Under the pieces are notes generated by a model. The model did no database searches. It was not told where the DNA came from and worked only from the letters and a program-made list of their open reading frames with translations. From NCBI GenBank assembly GCA_965223265.1, contig OZ244999.1:2176001-2240000 (forward strand): a stretch of DNA of 64,000 nucleotides, written 5' to 3'. The DNA is from Planctomycetota bacterium. GTDB taxonomy: Bacteria; Planctomycetota; UBA8108; SXIK01. Of the stretch, positions 57,696 through 64,000 are shown in pieces. Each line of letters begins with the position of its first letter. Positions within the stretch are counted from its first letter, which is position 1. The position numbers and the translations under genes are program-made.

Positions 57696-60600
57696 TTGAG
57701 CTTGAGAAGAACCGTCTGCCTGCTTTGCGTTCTCCTGTTGACCACTCGCACCCCGTTTGCTGACGAGACGGGGGGCGACTCTCAGCCTAAAAAGCCGACC
57801 GGCGACACGTCCGCAGGCGAGGCGGCGAATTCTGCTGCCCCGACTTCGCCAGAGAAGCACAGCGACGCGGCAAACGAGACTGCAGCGGAGAAGGACGCCT
57901 CCAAGAGCGAGCGCAACATTCGCTTTCAGTTCAGCGGCATTCCCTACGCTGACGCGGTGCGGCGTTTCGCTGATATGGCCGGCAAGCCTCTGGTGGGGGA
58001 GGTCAAAATCGACGGCCTGCTGACCTTCGCGGATGAGCAGGCCTACACGTACGATGAGGCACTCGATACGCTCAACGTGATTCTTGCCATGAAGGGGCAC
58101 GTGCTGGTCGAGGCCGGTCGCTACCTACGGCTAACGACGAAGGACGAGCTGCCGCAACTACCGCTCGAGATCTTGTACGGCACGAAGCGAACGGGAGACA
58201 AGCGTCCAGGCCAACTGGTGACGGTCGTCTTTCGCCTCAAGCACCTGGATGCCAACGAGACGGCGGTGGCTGCGAGCAAAATGCTTTCAGGCGCCGGGTC
58301 CGTCTCGCCGCTGCAGCGCGGCCGCGGCTTGGTTGTCACCGACGCACTCTCGACGATTCAGCGTATCGAGGAGTTAATTCTCGAGCTCGACGTCGAACAG
58401 CAGGGTACGCGGTCACTGAAGACGTTTCGCCTAGTGAATTCGTCCGGCGCTGTGCTCGGCGAGATGATCCAGCGAACTCTAGGGTCGGAGACTGCACCGC
58501 GCGAGGCGCGCTTCGTCAACAACAAGTGGGAGGTGGCTCCACCTGATCCCGAGCTTTTTGTCACCGTCACCTACGACGAGCCGACGCAGACGCTCGTCGT
58601 CTTCGGGCCGCGAGATCTTCTGAAGTTGGCGGAGGAACTCGTGACGCGCTTCGAGAAGGAAGGCGGCGATGAGGGTGAGCTTCGCGTCTACACGCCGCGC
58701 GTGTTGAAGGCGGAGACTCTCGCGCCCATGATCCGGCAAGCCGTACCGGGAATCGCTGGAGAGAGTGATAGCGCGGCGCAGGCGAGCAACAAGGCCCGCC
58801 TTATCGTCGACGCGCAGTCGAATCGTCTGATCATTTCCGCGCGCGTCGGAGAACAGATGCAGCGGATTGAAGAGTTCCTCCGCGTTGTGGACCGTCACGA
58901 ACGAGAGGCGAAGAGTGACAAGGACGACGATGGAGACGGCGGCCCGCAAAGTCGCGTCCTGCCCATCGCCACGGCTTCGTCAGCAGGAGTCATGGAGATC
59001 CTCCGCTCCGCAACGACCGAGCGCGATCGCGATGGCAACGTGCTGCAGCGACTTCACGTCGCTTTTGACGCTGAGACGAAGGCGTTGATCGTTTCCGGGT
59101 CGAAGCACTACGTCGAGCTCGCCCAGCGTCTCGTTCAGCAGCTCAACGACGCGGCGACGAGCACGAGTCCACGGCAGATGCGTTATCTCGACTTGACAGG
59201 AAAAGTCGCCGCCGCCGACCTTCCGAGCACAGTCACGCTGTTGCAGCAGCTCGTGAGACAGCAGCTGGGCACAGGAGCCGGAGATGCAGGAAGTGTCACG
59301 ATGACGCCCGCGCCGAATCGCGCTGGAATCATCGTCACGGCTTCGTCGGAGCACCTAACCACGGTCGAGTCGACACTGGCGGGATTGCTCGAGACGGCCC
59401 CCAAGCGTGAAGCACGCTCTCTCCGGGCCATCGTTTTGCGTCACGCGCGGGTTGACGACGTGATGTCGACGCTTCAGAAACTCACCGATGATGCTGCGCG
59501 TGACCGCTGGCCGGTATCGCCGCCCTCATTGGTTGCGGACTCTCGCGGCAACCGGATCCTCGTGACTGGCACCATGGAGCAGCTTGAAGCCGTCGCCAAG
59601 TTGACCGCGGAGCTCGATCATGCCCCGGTGAGGACCTCCCGGACGGTGCGCCGCGTTGCCGTGCGGTCCCATCGCCCCTCAGAGTTAAAGCCTCTGCTTG
59701 ACGCTTTCTTACGGCAAGAGTTCTCGGGTCGCGGTGCTAAACACCCGCTGCCTGAGGTCTTCGTCGACGACGTCGGCCGCCGCCTGATTGTCTTGGCGGA
59801 GTCTGACGATCACGCCCCGATCGAGGCGATGATCGGCGAGCTCGACGCGAAAGAGGTGCAAGTACGGACCACGCGCGCCCTCGACCTGAAAGCGCGCCGA
59901 GCCGCCGAGATCTTGCCACTTGTGAAGAAACTTTACGACGCACAGGTAGGTCAAGGGGGGGACGGGCGAGCTCCCAGCCTTGACGCTAGCGGCGACGGCA
60001 AGCGTCTCCTTGTCACGGGCACCGACGAAGAGATTCAACGCATCGAATCGATCGTGCGTGCGCTCGACGTCGCCGAGCGCCCGGAGATCGAGCGCCAAAC
60101 ACGGGCCATTCCCGTGATCGCGCGAGAGGTCGACGCCTTTCGCTCGCTGGTCGAGCAGCTTTACACCGCGCAGCGACGCGGGCAGCGTCCGCCACCTGGA
60201 GGAGCGACGACGATCGTCGCCGATCCGAAGAGCCGAAGGCTCCTCGTCACAGGCGCGGCAGAGGAGATTGCCCTGGTCGAGTCCATCGCCCGACAGCTCG
60301 ATCCGCATGAAGGGAAAAGCGAGAGACCCGAGACTCGCGTCTACAAGATCGGCACCGCGAACGCGACGGAGCTCGTGGGACTGTTGGAACAGACGCTGAA
60401 TCAGGATCCCGCGCGACCTGCGGCTCGTGTTTTGGCGGACGCTCCGAGCAACCGTTTGATCATCACCGCTCCCCCGTCCGTCCTCGACACCGCCGCCGCC
60501 GTGATCGAGGAGCTCGATCAGAAATTCGATCAGCAACCGCGTGAGCTTCGTATCGTCGAGCTCGACGTCGGCGACGCTGACGAGACCGCGGCGCTGGTCA

Positions 60601-63600
60601 CGCAGCTTCACGGCGAGCGCATGCGGAGCCTTCGTGGCGGGCGGTACCAACCGCGCGCGAAGATTCTCGGCGACCGGTCGACGAATCGGCTGATTCTGAC
60701 CGCGGGAAGCGATGAGATGAAGGTTCTCGACGAGATCGTCTCGCAGCTCAACCGCGTCGATCGGAAGGAGGAAGACTCGCGAGTCTTTCGGCTGGAGCAT
60801 GTCAGAGCCGAGCAGATCGCCGACGTGGTCGCGACTGCTATGACGACGTACGACGATCGTCGGCGCCCAGTCGAGCGCGTCCGGGTGGCGCCCGACGCCG
60901 CGACGAACAGTCTTGTGATTTCTGGCAAGACGAGCGATCTGGAGCTGGTCGCTTCGGTGGTGCAGCAACTCGATCGCGCCGACTCGCGCGGCAAGGTGGG
61001 GGTGCGAGTTGTGGAGGTCGACAGTGACCGAGCAGCGTCGGTGGCTGCAATGGCGGAGCGAGTTTGGGGTGAACAGAACCGGGATGCTCAGGGGGCCGAC
61101 GCCCTGGCGGTGACAAGTCGCGGCGGGCGAGTGGTGATCGCTGGACCGCAGAACGTTCTCGGACCTGTCGCCTCGCTCGTTGAGGAGATCGGCGCCCAGG
61201 TGACGAGCGCGCCGCGGCGTCTCCGAATGGTCAAGCTCGAGAACGGCTTGATCGCCGCTGATGCGCTGCCACTTCTCAAGCAGAGCTACGATGCCGAGAC
61301 GCGCGGTACCGCCAACGGCGATGCGACGTTTCGCGTCGACGCCGCCGGCAACCGTCTCCTCGTGATTGCCAGCGACGCCGAGTTCGAGATCATCGGCGAA
61401 ATTCTCGCGACGCTCGGCGAGGGGATTCGAACCGCCGAACGCAAGACGCGCATGTTTGAGTTCGCCGGCGCCACGGAGCTGACTCGCGTCGCGCCGCTCG
61501 TTCGCCAACTCTACGAACAGGAGCTCAAAGGTAGCGCTGAGCTCGGCCCACCTGAGGCTCAGTTTATCGAGGATTCGCGTGGCGCTCGGTTGATCGTCAC
61601 CGCGTCTGAGCCTCACTTGGAACGCGTCGCGTCGATCATCAGCCGGCTGGATGCCGAGGAGGGTTCAAGCGCCCAGCGTCGGCGCGAGACGCGCACGTTC
61701 AGTTTTACGACGGACGCAGAGCTGAGACAGACGCAAGATCTCGCGCAAAAGTTGTACGCCGCCGAACTCGAGGGTCAGCGCCCACCCGCCGGCGGTGAAG
61801 CGACGTTCACTGTCGACGCGGCAGACCGGCGTCTTCTCGTCACCGGGAGCTCGAGCGAGCTCGATCGTGTCGAAGCGATTTTTGCTCAGCTCCGCCGCGA
61901 CGCGGCGCGCGATCCGCGGCGCACGACCAAGTCACTCGAAGTCCACGCCGAGCGAGTAGGCGATGTTTTGGAGCTGCTACGAACGGTGTACCAGGCGCAG
62001 CTCGCGGGTGGCGACACTCCGGTTGGCGGTCCTGCCACGATCGTCGCCGATGCTAAGAATCGCCGACTTCTGGTCACTGGGGACGATATAGAGCTGGCGA
62101 AAATTGAGGCGCTGCTGCGACAGCTGGACCCTGCCGACGCCGAGCGGCAGGGAATCGGGACGCGCATACTGCGAGTGCGATCGGTGGCCGCTGCGGACGT
62201 TTTCGGTCTGGTCGAGAAAGCGCTCAACGGAGACCGTGAAGTGCCTCTCGTTCGACTTCAACTGGACCGTGAAAGTAACAGTATCGTCGCCACTGGTACG
62301 GAGTCGGCATTGAAGCTCACTGCCGAGATCGTGAGCGAGCTTGACGATGATCCTAGATCCGGTCCGCGCGAGCTGAAGGTGATCGAGCTCGAAGTTGGCG
62401 ACGCCGACTCAATGACGACGACGCTGAAGCGGCTCCACGAAGAGGCCCTTCGTTCCCAGTTCGGCCTCAACTACCGATCACGGGCCAGTTTCATCGCGGA
62501 TGCCGCCAACAATCGCGTCATCGTCACCGCTCCTCGCGACGAGATGGAAGCCATCGATCGATTCGCAGAGCAGCTCAACCGAGTCAGTCGCAAACAGGAA
62601 GACTCGGTCGTGATTCCGCTCAAGCATGGCCAGGCGTCGCGACTCGCCGAGATCGTACTGCGTGCGATGACGGTGTACGACCGCCGCAATCGCCCAATTG
62701 AGCGTGTGAGGGTTGCTGCCGACGATGCCTCGAACAGCCTCGTCGTCTCCGGCGCGACGGCTGATCTCGAGGCGGTTAAGGCGTTTATCGCGGAGCTCGA
62801 CTCTCCGCTGCAGCGGCCGCCGCTGTCGCTGCGCATCCTCCGTTTGGCGCGACCGCATGCAGACCAAGTCGCGTCGCTTGTGCAGAGAGTCGCGAGCGAA
62901 CACCAAGCCTCCGTCGGCCGCGACGCCGTCATTTCGGTTCAGCCGTCAGCCGATCGCCGCCGCGTGATCGTCGTCGCGCCGAAGGCAGAGATGGAACAGA
63001 TCGCCGGTCTCGTCGTCGAATTCGACAAAGCCTCGTTTGACACGCCGAAGGAGCTCTATGTCGAGGAGCTGACACATGCGAGAGCGCAGGAGATTGCGCC
63101 ACTCGTGCAGCGAGCCTACGACGATCAAGAGCTTGGCGCCGATCACGGCGCGGTGATTCGAGCCGATGCGCTACTCAATCGTCTTCTCGTCTTGACGCAC
63201 GCAAGCCAGATCGATCGTGTCCGCCAGATCATTGCGAAGCTTGATGTGACCAGCGATGAGGATCGAGAGACGCGCTTTTTCAGGCTTCGCGACGTCGACG
63301 AACTCGGACAACTCCACGTGCTCGCTGAGCGTCTTTATCGTGAGGAGATGAAAGGGAACGGTCCTCGCAACCAAGCCGACGCCCAGTTTATCCGGGACGA
63401 CACGAACGTGCGGTTGATCGTCACCGCGCGCGCGTCGCACATCGAAAAGATCGCCGAGATCCTCGACCGATTGCGGACAGGAAGCGATCGCGACCCACGC
63501 CAGGAATCTCAGATTTTCGCTCTTGCCGACTCCTCTGAGGTGAGCCGGCTGCTGCCACTCCTGCAGCGGCTCTATCGACAGGAGTTCGAGCATCAACCCG

Positions 63601-64000
63601 GCGGCGCAAGCGCTGAGTTCATCGCCGACGCCGAGGCGCATCGAATCATCGTCTCTGGTCCTCACGCTCACCTCGAACGCGTTGCCGAGCTTCTGTCGCG
63701 GCTGCGGGCAGAGACTGCGCCTGACGCCGAGCGTGAGCTACAGGTCGTGGAGCTTGATGCCGCTGACGCCGACTCCGCCGTACCGCTCGTTCTGGAGTTG
63801 CTGCGAGACCTGATGCAGAACCGGCGCGGACCGGGATACCGTGTACAGGCACGAATTGTTCCGGACGGCGCGAGTAATCGTCTGCTCGTCACGGCGCCGG
63901 AGCACGAGCTCGCCGAGATACGCAAAATCGCTGCCTCGCTCGACGCTGAGCGTGACGACCCGGAGCCTGAAACGCGTGTCTACGATCTTGAGACAGCGAT
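57696..64000 (+). CDS. gspD: Giant GspD-like secretin N-terminal region (N0 + >=25 NolW-type N-domains); runs off window
   Basis: TTG start after in-frame TGA at 57663 and GGAG; signal peptide MSLRRTVCLLCVLLL; N0 IRFQFSGIPY...YTYDEALDTLNVIL; ~75-aa repeats with D..[ST]NRL[IL]V[TS][GA].....I..L...LD; no stop to 64000. Confidence 0.85.
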   Translation, partial: MSLRRTVCLLCVLLLTTRTPFADETGGDSQPKKPTGDTSAGEAANSAAPTSPEKHSDAANETAAEKDASKSERNIRFQFSGIPYADAVRRFADMAGKPLVGEVKIDGLLTFADEQAYTYDEALDTLNVILAMKGHVLVEAGRYLRLTTKDELPQLPLEILYGTKRTGDKRPGQLVTVVFRLKHLDANETAVAASKMLSGAGSVSPLQRGRGLVVTDALSTIQRIEELILELDVEQQGTRSLKTFRLVNSSGAVLGEMIQRTLGSETAPREARFVNNKWEVAPPDPELFVTVTYDEPTQTLVVFGPRDLLKLAEELVTRFEKEGGDEGELRVYTPRVLKAETLAPMIRQAVPGIAGESDSAAQASNKARLIVDAQSNRLIISARVGEQMQRIEEFLRVVDRHEREAKSDKDDDGDGGPQSRVLPIATASSAGVMEILRSATTERDRDGNVLQRLHVAFDAETKALIVSGSKHYVELAQRLVQQLNDAATSTSPRQMRYLDLTGKVAAADLPSTVTLLQQLVRQQLGTGAGDAGSVTMTPAPNRAGIIVTASSEHLTTVESTLAGLLETAPKREARSLRAIVLRHARVDDVMSTLQKLTDDAARDRWPVSPPSLVADSRGNRILVTGTMEQLEAVAKLTAELDHAPVRTSRTVRRVAVRSHRPSELKPLLDAFLRQEFSGRGAKHPLPEVFVDDVGRRLIVLAESDDHAPIEAMIGELDAKEVQVRTTRALDLKARRAAEILPLVKKLYDAQVGQGGDGRAPSLDASGDGKRLLVTGTDEEIQRIESIVRALDVAERPEIERQTRAIPVIAREVDAFRSLVEQLYTAQRRGQRPPPGGATTIVADPKSRRLLVTGAAEEIALVESIARQLDPHEGKSERPETRVYKIGTANATELVGLLEQTLNQDPARPAARVLADAPSNRLIITAPPSVLDTAAAVIEELDQKFDQQPRELRIVELDVGDADETAALVTQLHGERMRSLRGGRYQPRAKILGDRSTNRLILTAGSDEMKVLDEIVSQLNRVDRKEEDSRVFRLEHVRAEQIADVVATAMTTYDDRRRPVERVRVAPDAATNSLVISGKTSDLELVASVVQQLDRADSRGKVGVRVVEVDSDRAASVAAMAERVWGEQNRDAQGADALAVTSRGGRVVIAGPQNVLGPVASLVEEIGAQVTSAPRRLRMVKLENGLIAADALPLLKQSYDAETRGTANGDATFRVDAAGNRLLVIASDAEFEIIGEILATLGEGIRTAERKTRMFEFAGATELTRVAPLVRQLYEQELKGSAELGPPEAQFIEDSRGARLIVTASEPHLERVASIISRLDAEEGSSAQRRRETRTFSFTTDAELRQTQDLAQKLYAAELEGQRPPAGGEATFTVDAADRRLLVTGSSSELDRVEAIFAQLRRDAARDPRRTTKSLEVHAERVGDVLELLRTVYQAQLAGGDTPVGGPATIVADAKNRRLLVTGDDIELAKIEALLRQLDPADAERQGIGTRILRVRSVAAADVFGLVEKALNGDREVPLVRLQLDRESNSIVATGTESALKLTAEIVSELDDDPRSGPRELKVIELEVGDADSMTTTLKRLHEEALRSQFGLNYRSRASFIADAANNRVIVTAPRDEMEAIDRFAEQLNRVSRKQEDSVVIPLKHGQASRLAEIVLRAMTVYDRRNRPIERVRVAADDASNSLVVSGATADLEAVKAFIAELDSPLQRPPLSLRILRLARPHADQVASLVQRVASEHQASVGRDAVISVQPSADRRRVIVVAPKAEMEQIAGLVVEFDKASFDTPKELYVEELTHARAQEIAPLVQRAYDDQELGADHGAVIRADALLNRLLVLTHASQIDRVRQIIAKLDVTSDEDRETRFFRLRDVDELGQLHVLAERLYREEMKGNGPRNQADAQFIRDDTNVRLIVTARASHIEKIAEILDRLRTGSDRDPRQESQIFALADSSEVSRLLPLLQRLYRQEFEHQPGGASAEFIADAEAHRIIVSGPHAHLERVAELLSRLRAETAPDAERELQVVELDAADADSAVPLVLELLRDLMQNRRGPGYRVQARIVPDGASNRLLVTAPEHELAEIRKIAASLDAERDDPEPETRVYDLETA

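Noticed and set aside
59709-61616. 635-aa minus-strand ORF
   Set aside because: Antisense shadow of the giant secretin-like frame; no recognisable motifs
1-64000. CRISPR array or cas genes
   Set aside because: No regularly spaced identical repeats with unique spacers and no Cas motifs seen; the repeats found are MITEs, a REP doublet and protein-domain repeats

Overview
GC-rich bacterial chromosomal window, most consistent with a Planctomycetota/PVC-type organism (inferred from gene families, not proven). Left part: a 5'-truncated TMTC-like membrane/TPR gene, a fused MFS-spermidine-synthase-like gene, rsmE, rplM-rpsI, a rhomboid, a degenerate CheA-like protein with a REC-cNMP-DUF4388-like regulator, and an intact IS4 element (10-bp target duplication). 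Middle: two Zn-dehydrogenases, an FtsX permease/secreted Cys-motif protein/P450 operon, purB, an ABC-2 exporter, a GTAG-type REP doublet, etfB-etfA-fadF, a TlpA-like protein, two GT2s, an MBL hydrolase, and a membrane pentaheme-c/TPR gene paired with a CRTAC1/ASPIC-UnbV gene. Then a lipoprotein gene split by an ISKra4-like element (8-bp duplication), tRNA-Leu(CAA) bracketed by two copies of a ~160-bp TTAA-flanked MITE, and an nfeD-nfeD2-floA operon. Right part: a type II secretion-like cluster (E, F, G, H, I, J, K, PilM/N-like L, M/C-like). The standout is its last gene, missing from the ORF track because it has no stop inside the window: a GspD-like ORF starting at ~57696, open for >2100 codons, with an N0 domain and at least 25 tandem NolW-type N-domains arranged in an 8-domain super-repeat (canonical GspD has three). 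Its C-terminal secretin domain is not visible here.
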